Assembly (NCBI GenBank): GCA_043228905.1
Contig: JBHGNT010000010.1
Span: 12,772,001-12,836,000, forward strand
Direction: 5' to 3'
Length of the DNA stretch: 64,000 nt
Origin: Azolla caroliniana
Taxonomy: Eukaryota; Plantae; Polypodiophyta
The notes under the pieces were generated by a model. The model ran no database searches. It saw only the letters and a list, made by a program, of their open reading frames with translations, and was not told the origin of the DNA. The position numbers were made by a program, and so were the translations under genes. This document shows positions 28,101 to 41,793 of this stretch, piece after piece. The stretch's first letter is position 1; each line of letters begins with the position of its first letter.

Positions 28101-30980
28101 TGTTAGAATAATCCTCTGTTTCTCGTTGATCCTTGCGCAATATATAAATATTATTTATTACTAATCAATGATTGCAATATTAAAAAGTGCACAAGATGTG
28201 ATCCATTGAAGTCTAGTTAGCAAGAATACTCTGCTCTCACACGAGAAACCCGCGTTCAACTCCTAAGGAATAAAAACGACGCTTGTCATGTGTTAACTGT
28301 TTGATAACTCAAAAACTCAAGACCTAAAGTAGTTACAATAATGTACAATTAACTTTTTCTTTCATTTTTTTCACCTAACATCAATTTCTAAACTTAATCC
28401 CATTATTCAATTAATAGGATAGGTTTCAAATGAAATTTGAAAAAACATTATGTTGTTCGGGACAAGAAGAAGTAGTATATTTAGTCGTGGTTATTCCTCA
28501 ACATTGTTACGATAAATTAGTACACCAACAATTATAGTTTGGATAACTCCATCCAATTATAGTTTGGTCAACTGTCGATGAGCATTGCATCATGTTTCTT
28601 TATTTGTAACATCGGACTAGAATGGTACAATAACTAATTCATTTACTAAATGAATCCCATTGTAATCAAGTTGCCTCGTATCCTGGCTTTTTACCTGAGA
28701 CGCACGGGTACAAGTAGATATATCATATATCATGAGCTAATGTTGCATTGATAAAAACCCTTGGATTTATTAAATCTTAAAAACGATAGTGTGTTAGAAT
28801 AATCCTTAGTTTTTAGGTAATGCTTGCGCAAAATATAAATATTATTTATTTCTAATCAATGATTGCAATATTAAAAAGCACACAGGATGTGGTCAATTGC
28901 AGTCTAGTTGGTTAGGATACTCGGCTCTCACACGAGAGACCTGGGTTCAACTCCCGGCAATGGAAACAACAATATCATATATTAAATTTCCGACGCATAT
29001 CATGTGTTAACTGTTTGATAACTCAAGACCAAAAGTAGGTGTTACAAAAATGTATAGTTAACAAAATAATCAATATTATGTTTGAAGGATGGATAAAGAA
29101 CTTTACTTTCATTTTTTTCTCCTAACATCAATTTCTAAACTTAATCCCATTATTTGATTAATGGTAGAGGATTCAAATGAAATTGGAAAAAACATTATGT
29201 TGTTCGGGACGACAAGAAGCAGTATATTTAGTTGTGGTTATTCCTCAACATTGTTACGATAAATTAGTACACCAAACGTTGTAATTTGAATATCTCGATA
29301 CTAATTCAAACAATACGCATAGATTGTAGAATAATGGTCAACTGTCGATGACTATTGCACCATGTTTCTTTATTTGTAACAAAGGACGAGAATGGTACAT
29401 TAACACACGGATCCTTGTGTTTTACCTAGGACGCTCGGGTACAAGTAGATATATCATATATCATGAGCTAATGTTGCATCGATAAAAACCCTTGGATTTA
29501 TTAAATCATAAAAACGATAGTGTGTTAGAATAATCCTCAGTTTTTAGGTAATGCTTGCGCAAAATATAAATATTATTTATTTCTAATCAATGATTGCAAT
29601 ATTAAAAAGCACACAGGATGTGGTCAATTGCAGTCTAGTTGGTTAGGATACTCAGCTCTCACACGAGAGACCCGGGTTCAACTCCCGACAATGGAAACGA
29701 CAATATCATATATTAAATTGTCGAGGCATATCATGTGTTAATTATTTGATAACTGAAAAACTCAAGCTATAAAGTAGTTGTTAGAATAATGTACAAATAA
29801 CAAAATAATCAATATTATGTTTGAAGGATTGATGACGAACTTTGCTTTGATTTTTTTCTCCTAACATCAATTTCTAAACTTAATCCCATTTTTCAATTAA
29901 TAGTAGAAGTTTCAAATGAAATTTAACAAAACATTATATTGTTCGGGACAACAAGAAGCAGTATATTTAGTCTTGGTTATTCCTCAACATTGTTACGACA
30001 AAGTAGTACACCAAGAATTATAGTTTGGATAACTTGATACAATTTCCAAAAATACGCATAGATTGTCGAATAATGGTGAATTCTCGATGAGAATTGCACC
30101 ATGTTTCTTTATTTGAAGTAAAGCACTACAATATTACATTAACTAATTTATTTACTAAATGAATTCCATTGCAGTCTAGTTTGTTTGGATCCATATTTTT
30201 TACACGAGACTCTCGGGTACAGCAATTGGCATGGGAAAAACTAGATACATCATAGATCATGAGTCAATATCACATCGATGGAAACCCTTGAAATTATTAA
30301 ATCTTAAAAATGAGAGTGTGTTAGAATAATCCGATGTTTCTCGTTGATGCTTGCGCAATATATAAATATTATTTATTACTAATCAATGATTGCAATATTG
30401 AAAAGTACACAAGATATGATCCATTGTAGTCTAGTTGGTTAGGATACTAGGCTGTCACCCGAGAGACCCAGGTTCAACTCCCAACAATGGAAACGACAAT
30501 ATCATTTATTAAATTTCCGACGCATATCATGTGTTAATTGTTTGATAACTCAAAAACTCAAGATTATGTTTGAAGGATTGATGACGAACTTTCCTCGATC
30601 AACATTGCAAAAATACGTATAGATTGTAAAATAATGGTGAACTCTCGATCAACATTGCAACATATTTCTTTATTTGAAGCAAAGCACTAGAATGTTACAT
30701 TAACTAATTCATTTACTAAAGTAATTTCATTTTAGTCTACTTGGTTCGGATCCTTGTTTTTTACACGAGACTCCCGGGTACAACAATAGGCATTGGAAAA
30801 ACTAGATACATCATAGATCAGGAGGTCATGTCGCATCGATAAAAACCCTTGAAATTATTTAGTCTTAAAAACGAGAGAGTGTTAGAATAATCCTCAGTGT
30901 CTCGTTGATGCTTGCGCAATATATAAATATTATTTATTACTAATCTATGATTGCAATATTAAAAAGTACACAAGATATGA

Positions 30981-31053
30981 TCCATTGTAGTCTAGGTTGT
31001 TAGGATGCTCGGCTCTCACCCGAGAGACCCGGGTTCAACTCCCGCCAATGGAA
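30981..31053 (+). tRNA. tRNA-Glu(CTC)-like copy, D loop altered
   Basis: Acceptor and anticodon arms intact; B box intact. Confidence 0.6.
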
Positions 31054-32187
31054 ACGACAATATCATATATTAAATTTCCGACGGATATCATGTGTTAAGT
31101 GTTTGATAACTCAAAAACTCAAGACCTAAAGTAGGAGTTACAATAATGTACAATTAACAAAATAATCAATATTATGTTTGAAGGATTGATGACGAACTTT
31201 ACTTTAATTTTTTTCTCCTAACATCAATTTCTAAACTTAATCCCATTATTCAATTAATGGTAGAGCTTTCAAATGAAATTGGACAAAACATTATGATGTT
31301 TGAGACAACAAGAAGAAGTATATTTGGTTGTGGTTATTCGTCAACATTGGTACGACAAATTAGTACAGCAACAATTACAGTTGGGATAACTCGATACAAT
31401 TTCAAAGAATAGGCAAAGAATACAAAATAATGTTCAACTATCGACAAGCATTGTACCATGTTTCTTTATTTGTAACAAAGCACTAGAATAGTACATTGAC
31501 TAATTTATTTTCTAAATGAATTCCATTGTAATCAAGTTGCCTCGAATCGTTAATTTCTACTCGAAACATGCGGGTACTAGTATAGGCATATGAAAAACTA
31601 AATACATTATATATCATGAGTTAATGTGGCATCGATAAAAACCTATGAAATTAATAAATCTTTAAAACGAGGGTGTGTTAGAATAATCCTCTGTTTCTTG
31701 TTGATGATTGTGCAATATATAAATATTATTTATTACTAATGAAGGATTGCAATATTAAAAAGTATACAAGATGTGATCCATTAAAGTCTAGTTGGTTAGA
31801 ATACTCGGCTCTCACCCAAGAGACCCGTGTTCAACTTCTGGGAATAGAAAGGACAAGATCATATATAAAAGTTTGTGATGCATGTCATGTGTTTGATAAC
31901 TAAAAAACTCTAGACGTAAACAATAATGTACAATTAACAAAATAATCAATATTATGTTTGAAGGATTGATAAAGAACTTTGGTTTGATTTTTTTCTCGTC
32001 ACATCAATTTCTAAACTTCTTTTTTTTTTTTTCCCAAAAGAAGAATATACTCCATTAGTTAAAATGACATACAATACACAACTTTAGACATTACCTACTT
32101 GCATATGGACTACATCACTTATTTATCTTACACTAAATAGTCCACATGTTTGTTCTCCATGTTTGTCGTGTCATTCACGCCCCTCTA

Positions 32188-35100
32188 TCATCTAATGGGA
32201 GGGGGGAACATCCATCTCGGTACTACGTACTGCCATCGTATCTCCACTCCAATTTCTGTAGCCATCGGTGTAGTACACCATCGTTTTCTGAATTTAAGCC
32301 TCATTAAATCTGAAGCATCATCTGTTCCATCAATCCGCTCATATTGGGCCCTCAATGTAGTTATTAGGATGTGCCATATTAGCTTAATAGATTTTGTTGG
32401 AGGCCGTTTGTTTGCTGAAAATACCCTGGTACATCTTGCAGTCCAAATGTTCCATATGATATTGGGTGCTAGCAACATCCATAGATCTACAATTTTCTGC
32501 TTCTGGGCATTACTTCTAGGTGCACTGTTACCAACGACCACTCGAATAGTTCCATTCTCCCCTCTGTACATAGTTGTACATGTGCTATCAAAATTCTCTA
32601 CGTCATCATCAAGACAATTCCAAGAAGTATGTCCCCAATTGAGGGTAAAAGAGCTAGAGGCATGGCAAAGCAATCGTAATGCCCTTCTCCATACTACCGT
32701 AGCCTCATGACATTCCCAAAGACAATGGGAAATGCTTTCTAGTTGTCCACATGCACTACATCTTGGGTCTACATTGGGGCCTCTAGCCCATGCCCCTACT
32801 GGCAAGGCTCTATGCACAATAAGCCATAAGCACATCATTATCTTGCGGTCACCGCTGTCATGCCATATCATTTTCCAGAATTTTGCTAATCTCCTTTCAC
32901 TAATGCCCTCTTGTATCCAAAATTTACGAGCTGCAATATCTTGGTGTTCTTGTTTTAGGATAAATTTGCCTTCAGATTTTCGTGTTGTACCTGAAAAATT
33001 GCACCAACTTGGCACCATCACTTGGACCTTGAGTTTTCCAGAAATACATCGCGGGGTCCCATGATAGCTGATTTGAATGCCCTTCTATCGGCCAACACAC
33101 TGTCGTTGGTTTGAGCTCACTCGGTTCGGGGTCAACTATGATAGCCTTTCCATTTTTTGCAAGCAACCTAATCGGCCTTTCAGTTTGATAGGCTGGTTGC
33201 TCACATATTACCCTTCTATGCTCTATTTTGTAGTAGCATGCCTCATTAGAGTCGGCTTTCGTTCCCTTAATTCCGATTATATAATTTTCAGCATCGATGA
33301 GTCCTGTCCATTCCATTTCAGAGGGGCTTATGGCTGCTTCTTCCAAGATTTGCCCGCTGCGTGCAAAGGCATATGTAATCCTCATTAGCATGCATTTACC
33401 CCTGTTTATCCTCAATATTCTAGCCTTTTGAGTGCCCACATCATTACGTAGAAATCTCTTCCAATTTGCCAATGTATTCCCTTGGGCATTGATTAAATTG
33501 GCCCATTTGAAACCTGTTTTTTGTCCTATCATCAGCCTATCCACATCTCTAATTAATGGGTTCCAAACAATAGGCATGTACATTCGGGCATATGCATCAT
33601 TTCTCCACCTACAAACGATTCCCTTTCTTATTCCATTCCATGCCTTCATAATTCCAACAGCACATATACTCTGTGTACATCCCCGGTATTTGGGTCGCAT
33701 TTCAAGCACAAACCAACAAAAAGGGCTACTTGGCCAACTCCCACCATGTCTTGGCAACCACATCTTCCATCTGCGTTGCCAGAGAATTTTCCAAGGTGCC
33801 TCAGGTGGTTGCAAGCTCCTGACCATCAATTTGCCTAGCAAAGCCTTCGTGTGCACCACAGGATCTATTAGTCCCACCCCACCTTCACGTTTATCTTTTA
33901 TGAGTGTAGTCCATGCAACCTTTGCACAAGCATGTTTTTCCTCAGTGCCCCCCCATAAGAAATTTTTGATCAACCTTTTTATCAATTTCATCGACTTGGG
34001 TGCGATTATCCAACATGCCGCAGTATGCCATATTGTGGCCATTAGCACCTGATTTGCAATCACAATCTTCGCTGCAAAGGATAATTTTCTTGCATTCCAC
34101 CATATTAACTTCGCTTTTATTTTGTCCACAAGTAGAGTGTAGTGTTCTGAGTGATCAATGTCCATCCTGATTTTGAAATCCAAGTATCTAGTAGCTTCTC
34201 CTCTCCTCAACCATCTGAAATTAGGGTCTGGAGCCCAATTTACCACAGGCTTATTGCTAATCCAAATGCCCACTGATTTATTCCAGTTTATATTCGCACC
34301 TGACCCCCTACAAAACTCATTTATTGCACTTTGTAGTCTGTCCAAGTTGTTTGCATCCCCCTTAACATAAATTGTTGTATCATCAGCATATTCTGTATCA
34401 AGCATCATTCCTGCATCCTTGGGTAGGGGAAGGCCTTGTATTTGCCAATATCTATCTCTAATCTGATAATGCAACGCTTCCGCTGCAATAATGAATAGGT
34501 ATGGGGCCAATGGGCATCCCTGGCGTACCGATCGTGTCATCCTAAAGCTCTTCCCCAAGCTTCCAGCCATTAAAACCTGGCTGGAAGCGTCCCTATAAAA
34601 GGCAGCCAATCCAAGGATCCATTGCTGCTCGAAGCCTAGGGCAGCCATCACTACTTCCAAGAATTCCCATGAGATCCAGTCATATGCTTTTTCAAAATCG
34701 AGTAACATCACTGCTAGGTCCACTTCTTGCTCCTCTCCCCATGCTGAATACTCCCAAAAAGTTATCACATTGTCAACAATGCTCCGGTTTTCGAGGAAGC
34801 CAATTTGCATTGTATGTATTATGTCCCCTAGGACCATTTTCAATCGACTACTTACAACTTTAGCCATGATCTTAAAGCCATTAGTGAGAATCGTCAAAGG
34901 TCGCCAATTATCAAGCATAGTTAGATCCTTCCCATCCTTGGGAATTAAATAAATCATTCCTTGACACAGTGTCGGAGGCATTAAACCTTCAGCCATAATG
35001 TATTGCATCCCTTCCAACATGTCATCCTTAATTAAATCCCAATATTTGATGTGAAAATATATAGGGAGTCCATCTATGCCCGCACAGCTTTGTTTGTTCA

Positions 35101-36538
35101 TATCTGAAATTGCATCCCACAATTCTTGTATACAAATAGGGGTATTTAGACGGTCCATAATTTGAGCCGAAACTCTCTTCAGGATCCTGTTTATTATATT
35201 TCTAAAGGCATCTCGCTCAATATGTTCCTCGTTGCATACATTCAGTAGTTGCATATAATAGCTCGTGGCCATTCCAAGCATTTCCTTCGCGCACGTGGTC
35301 ATTGTGCCATCTGTCTTTTTCAAACATGAAGGTTGGGTCCCAGAGCCTTTGCATTTTACAACTTCAAAAAGACCTTTCGTAACACGGTCTCCTACCCTCA
35401 TCCAATTTACTGCTTTACTACGATAGGCATTAGTAGTCCTTAGTTTCTGATACATATCCAGTTTGCATTTTGCCTCCTCTAGTTGGGCCTCAATCCATAC
35501 ATTATTCGGGTATTGTTCTCTTAGTCGCTGCACAGAAGCGAGTGTTCATTGCATTCTTTGTAGTTTCTCCTTCATCTCCTTTCTAATTTCAATTGCTTTC
35601 TCCCGAAAGAAACATGCACATTCCTCAATTTTCCCAGCCAGCCTATGAGCGGGATCATGATACATCCATTTGACATTAGACCATAGTCTTCTTATATCAT
35701 TAGTCCATTTATTGTCCATGACCAACTCCTTGCTCACCTTCACATTATGTGGATTGCATCGACTGTTTTCTTTTATATGTAACAGGACAAGTGCATGGTC
35801 TGAGAACATCGTTCAAGGACAAATTATGCATTTGCCTTTCATATCTATGAGCCGAGGGTCCAAATACCATCTGTCCAACCTGGACATTGTCCTCCCATGA
35901 ACGCTTCCTCCTACTCTAGAGTATAGAAGAGATTTTTCTTTTTGCATCTCACAGTTAGATGCATTCCAACAATCTATCACATTATATGCTAAACAAAACT
36001 TATCCCATGCATCTTTTTCCGCCCCTTGCACCGTGCCATTTGCATTTCCGCTTCTATCTTCTTGTTGCTCCACCATATTAAAATCTCCTCCAATGATCCA
36101 CAGATCTGCATCTGGTTTCTTGTCCACTAGTTGCAACCAGAATTCCTTTCTTTCAGTAGCAGAATTTGGGGCATATATGTTCAGTATGCCCAAGTGCCTA
36201 TATCTATGTTTTATCCTTATATAGACAGCCTGACCCTCTACTAAACATCCTCTGCCTGTGAATGTTGCATTATACTTAGCTTTCATTGCTATGAGTACTC
36301 CCCCATGAATCTCTTTGTCCCCCGTAGCTGCCGACCATGTATTGGTCCAACTCCTAGGGCAGATGTTTCCAATTTTGTCGATCTTATCCCCATCTAGGTG
36401 ATGCTCTTGCACCATGATAACATCAGGCACTATTGCCTCCGTGCATCGCTGAATTTCAGCAGCTAATACATTCTTCTTCATGTGGAATTGGCTACCACCA
36501 ATTCCTTGTATATTCCATGTTAGCAAGCTAAGATTCAT
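32188..36538 (-). pseudogene. LINE ORF2 (AP endonuclease, reverse transcriptase, C-terminal CCHC), interrupted
   Basis: LLTWNIQG, QEHH, NIYAPN, GGDFN, SRLDRW, SDH (APE); WRPLTIL, LDFEKAYD, RQGCPLAP, YADD (RT); CSAC..ESISHCLWEC; split across 4 ORFs. Confidence 0.95.
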
Positions 36539-36539
36539 T

Positions 36540-38494
36540 TTAGCATATACCGTGCCTCTTTAGTGGCCCAGCCAATGCATTTTCAGATTCCACTAGGTTC
36601 GCAAAGATCATATCTTGGAGATTATCCTCTTCTAGTGTCACCATTTCAAGGTGGTATACCATGAATTCCGTGATCATTCGAGGCAGCTTCCTAAATTTCA
36701 CATTTATATAGCATATGCCTTGCTCATTCGCCTTGCCCGAGCTCCATAGCATGGCATCTTTCCATTGTCTTTTCATTTTCACACTTATTGTGGTACCATA
36801 TGTTGAATCTACATGAGCACCCATTTGTTGTTCCAACCATCCGAGTGCTTCTTCTCTGTTGTGGGGCTCCTTATTTCCCACGACCAGCATATAGGACAGT
36901 CCAACGATTTGATCTTCATCCTCACAATGACTATAGATATTGATTCTACACATGTTGTCCTTCTTCATCTCAACCCCACACATTTCCTTGAACCACTTTT
37001 TGCCTATCAGTTTCAATTTGATTTGTTGCCCAGTAGTCGATAGGGAGGTCACTTTCTATTGAGGATTCCATTTCACTCTTGACCATTTACGCATACCTTT
37101 AGGTTTCTCCATCCCATTCTCTTCCTCTTTTCTAGCACGCATGTGCCTTTTCATTTTTGCTATGCCCTTAATATGTTGGGTTGTCACTAGCGACTTATCT
37201 TACTCTTTCAAGGGGCTTACATCCTTTTGATTTCTTATTTCTCCTTCCTCATCCATAAATTCTTGATGCATCTGATTAGTTTCAACCACTAACACATTGT
37301 CTTCCTGCTGCCATGTCTGCATATCATTAATGACATTCACAAAGTTGCTCTCCGAATGTGCCTTTGATCTTGCTTCCTTGTCATTAGCTATGTTTTCATT
37401 GTCCTCTACGGTTAAGAGTTCATATTTGTTGCTAAGTTGAGGCCATTCTTGTCCGAGCATAATTTTTTGTTTTCCTTTATTATTCATATACTTCTATCCA
37501 TCTTCATTCATCTGCATTGCATGGTTTGTTCTCATATTTTTCTATTGTGTCAAACTTGTTGGGCTTTTCCATCCATGCTTCCCATTTCTACGCGGCATGA
37601 TCTCCTTACCTCTAGGGCATTCTCGGGCCATATGCCCCATTTGTCTACATACAAAGCATTGCCCTAGAAGTCCGGCATATTCCACTGGCTGTACATGGTC
37701 AAGCATGAGTTTGCTGCTTAGCACCATTGTTTGTGGTAAGGTCTTTACATAAGAGACAATTAATTTCATCCTCGGCGTTTCACTTACTCTCTCTACAAAT
37801 GTTTTTTCCAAACATTGCCCTCCCATACTCTTCCCAATGGCTGGGAGAAAGGACTCCCATTGCTTAGGTAAACCAGGGAAAAAGGCCGTTATTACTGCTG
37901 GATTTCCTATACAAGCATTTGCTTTACACATGTCAAAATCTACATCCCATTTGAATACATATGCTCTTGCATTGTGCCATGTCAACGGACTGTTCTCGAT
38001 AATTTTGCATATATTCATATCAGGCATCACAGTAACATGGTAGAACCCCTTTCCCATAAATGTGATGTCCTTCACTCTTCCAAGGTTTTCTTGCAGGCAA
38101 CTTTGCAACCAATCACGCAACAACGGGCGATTTGGTCGACTACCCACCACTTTCACCACAAATGATTCCTGTCTAAGTCTTGCGATTTCACTCTCCATGA
38201 TGCATTCTTCTTCCGAGGAGAGAACGAAGGCTCCCATAGCTTGCATTGAGTTATCAACTAACCTATTCATCCCCTTTGTCCCCTGTTCTAGATCATCATC
38301 ATAATCATTAGAGGTTCGATCCTCACATACCTGCGTCCCCTTGGTGGCAAGAGGATTTCGAGTTGCAGTTCGTGCAACCTCCACAGGTTCTAAGACGCTG
38401 GTTGATGCCCCCTCTGCTGTCATCACCGCCATCACTGTGAGTTGTTGTTCGTGCAGCCTCCCGACGAGCTCCCCTTGTGATAATCGTATTCCTG
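36540..38494 (-). pseudogene. LINE ORF1 (DUF4283-like region, zinc knuckle, C-terminal domain), fragmented
   Basis: MGKGFYHV, SPLTW..YVFKWD, GLPKQW and CFVCRQMGHMAREC in 37542-38435; downstream fragments 37200-37487 and 36540-37052 on the same strand, ending 1 nt before the ORF2 ATG. Confidence 0.85.
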
Positions 38495-41353
38495 ATCAAT
38501 TTCTAAACTTCATCCCAATATTCAATTAATAGTAGAGGTTTTTAATGAAATTTTACAAAACATTATGTTGTTCGGGACAAGAAGAAGCAGTATATTTAGT
38601 TCTGGTTATTCCTCAACATTGTTACAACAAATTAGTACATCAAGAATAATAGTTTTGATAACTTGATACAATTTCCAAAAATGTGCAATTGTCGAATAAT
38701 GGTGTATTCTCGATCAGCATTGCGCCATGTTTCTTTATTTGAAGTAAAGGACTAGAATATTACATTAACTAATTCATTTACTAAATGAATTCCATTGTAG
38801 TCTAGTTGGTTCCAATCCTTGTTTTTTACACGAGACTCCCAGGTACAACAATTGGCATGGGAAAAACTAGATACATCATAGATCATGAGTTAATATGACA
38901 TCGATAAAAATCCTTGAAATTATTAAATCTTAAAAAAGAGATTGTGTTAGAATAATCCTCAATTTCTAGTTGATGCTTGCGCACTATATAAATATTATTT
39001 ATTACTAATCAATCATTGCAATATTAAAAAGTACACAAGATATGATCCACTGTAGTCTAGTCGGTTAGGATACTCGGCTCTCACCCGAGAGACCTAGGTT
39101 CAACTCCCTCGGTAATCGAAACAACAACATCATATATTAAATTTTCGACGCAGATCTTGTGTTAACTATTTGATAACTCAAAAATTCAAGGCCTAAAGTA
39201 GACGTTACAACAATGTACAATTAACAAAATAATCAATATTATGTTTAAAGGATTGATGAAGAACTTCACTTTCATTTTCTTTTTCCTAACATCAATTTCT
39301 AAACTTAATCCCATTCTCCAATTAATAGTAGAGGTTTCAAATGAATTTTGATAAAACATTATGTTGTTCATGACAAGAAGAAGCCGTATATTTAGTCGTG
39401 GTTATTTCTCAACATGGTTACGACAAATTAGTATACCGACAATTATAGTTTGGATAACTGGATAGAATTTCCAAAAATACGCAGAGATTGTAGAATAATG
39501 ATGAACTCTCGATCAACATTGCACCATATTTTTTTATTTGAAGCAAAGCACTAGAATATTACATTAACTAATTCATTTACTTAATGAATTCCATTGTAGT
39601 CTAGTTGGTTCGGATCCTTCTTTTTTACACGAGAGTCCCGGGTACAACAATAGGCATTGGAAAAACTAGACACATCCTAGATTATAAGGTAATGTCGCAT
39701 CGATAAAAACCCTTGAAATTATTAAATCTTAAAACAAAGAATGTGTTAAAATAATCTTCGGTTTCTCGTTATTGCTTGCGCAATATATAAATATTATATA
39801 TTACTAATCAATGATTGCAATATTAAAAAGTACACAAGATGTGATCCATAGTACTCTAGTTGGTTAGGATACTCGGCTCTCACCTGAGAGACCCGGGTTC
39901 AACTCCCGACAATGGAAACGTTGATATCATATATTAAATTTCCGACGCATATCATTTGTTAACTGTTTGATAACTCAAGACCTAAAGTAGGTTTTACAAG
40001 AATGTACAATTAACAAAATAATCAATATTATGTTTGAAGGATTGATAACGAAATTTGCTTTGATTTTTTTCTCCTAACATCAATTTCTAAACTTAATCCC
40101 AGTTTTCAATTAATAGTAGAGGTTTCAAATGTAATTCGACTAATCATTATGTCGTTCGGGACAGGAAGAAGTAGTATATTTAGTCGTGGTTATTCCTCAA
40201 GATTGTTACGACAAATTAGTACACCGACAATTATAGTTTGGATAACTTGATACAATTTCCAAAAATAAGCATAGATTGTCGAATAATCGTGAATTCTCGA
40301 TGAGCATTGCACCATCTTTGTTTATTTGAACGAAAGCACTTGAATATTACATTAACTAATTCATTTACAAAATGAATTCCATTGTAGACTAGTTCCTTCA
40401 GATCCTTGTTTTTTACACAGGACTCCCGGGTACAACAATAGGCATTGGAAAAACTAGATACATCATACATGATGAGCTAATGTCGCATCGATAAAAACCC
40501 TTGAAATTATTAAATCTTAAAAAAGAGAGTTTGTTAGAACAATCCTCAGTTTCTCATTGATGCTTGGGCAATATATAAATATTATTTATTACTAATCAAT
40601 AATTGCAGTATTAAAAAGTGCACGAGATGTGATCCATTGTAGTCTAGTTGGTTAGGGTACTCGGCTCTCACCCGAGAGACCCGGGTTCAACTCCCAGCAA
40701 TGGAAACAACAAAATCATATATTAAATTTCCGATGGATATCATGTGTTAACTGTTTCATAACTCAAAAACTCAAGACCTAAATTAGGTGTTACATTAATG
40801 TACAATTAACAAAATAATCAATATTATGTTTGAATTATCGATAAACAACTTTACTTTGATTTTTCTCTCCTAACATCAATTTCTAAACTTAATCCCATTA
40901 TTCGATTAATGGTAGAGGTTTTAATTGAAATTGGACAAAACATTATGTTGTTCGGGACAACAAAAAGCATGATATTTACTTGTGGTTATTCCTCAACATT
41001 GTTATGATAAATTAGTACACCAACAATTATAGTCTAGATAACTCGAGAGAATTTCAAACAATACCCATAGATTGCAGAATAATGGTCAACTGTCGATGAG
41101 TATTGCACCATGTTTCTTAATTTCTAACAAAGGACTAAAATGGTACATTAACTAATTCATTTACTAAATGAATTCTATTGTAATCAAGTTGTCTCAGATC
41201 CTTGCTTTTTAGCTGAGACGCCCAAGTACAAGTAGATATATCCCATATCATGAGTTAATATGGCATCGATAAAAATCCTTGAAGTTATTAAATCTTAAAA
41301 ACGAGAGTGTGTTAAAATAATCATCAGTTTTTCTTTGATGCTTGCGCAATATA
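38495..41353 (+). repeat. tRNA-Glu satellite array, block 3
   Basis: tRNA copies at 39046, 39845, 40633 (spacings 799 and 788). Confidence 0.97.
40633..40705 (+). tRNA. tRNA-Glu(CTC), 2 substitutions from consensus
   Basis: A and B boxes, acceptor and anticodon arms intact; one T-stem mismatch. Confidence 0.7.
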
Positions 41354-41779
41354 TGTCAGGAATAGTACTAAAACAGAGATGGAATTAGTACTAAGAAGAG
41401 TAGTACTATTAGTACTAAGAGGACGGGACTGCGTAAGATTCCCGAGAGAGAGGAAGTGAGAAGAGGAGAGAGAGAGAAATAGGATGATGACAGCAACTCT
41501 TATATTATATGAAAGATAAGTACAAATCGGCTAAGAGGCTTAAGACTGGTGTTGAACCAATTTGGTTCAAAACAATGCCTTGTGCCTCCTTTTATAATGT
41601 TTTTAGGAATAATCCTGAAGCTTCTAGAATGTTCCAGAGAGATCTGGAATATACATCAATTTTCTATGATAAAGCATAAATGAAAATAATATCCTACAAA
41701 ATACAATTCATAGTCTAATAGTAAGAGCTCGACCCATGTAGCATAAGGTCATGGGTTCGAGTCTTGCCATATCATGACA
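41354..41779 (-). repeat. Gypsy 3' LTR
   Basis: Direct repeat of 46441-46866, about 8 substitutions by eye. Confidence 0.96.
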
Positions 41780-41793
41780 CTATCTCCCCCTTA
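41780..41793 (-). promoter_or_regulatory. Gypsy polypurine tract
   Basis: - strand TAAGGGGGAGATAG adjoining the 3' LTR. Confidence 0.85.

Larger units (their letters stand above)
20636..32019 (+). repeat. tRNA-Glu satellite array, block 2
   Basis: Same unit and orientation; about 16 near-full tRNA copies (e.g. 22013, 23944, 24722, 25089, 30981). Confidence 0.97.
32020..38494 (-). mobile_element. L1-like LINE family B, near full length, 17-bp TSD
   Basis: TSD ATCAATTTCTAAACTTC at 32003-32019 and 38495-38511; poly(A) as T run from 32020; ORF1 and ORF2 (APE, RT, zinc finger). ORF1 frame stays open to the 5' junction, suggesting slight 5' truncation. Confidence 0.97.
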
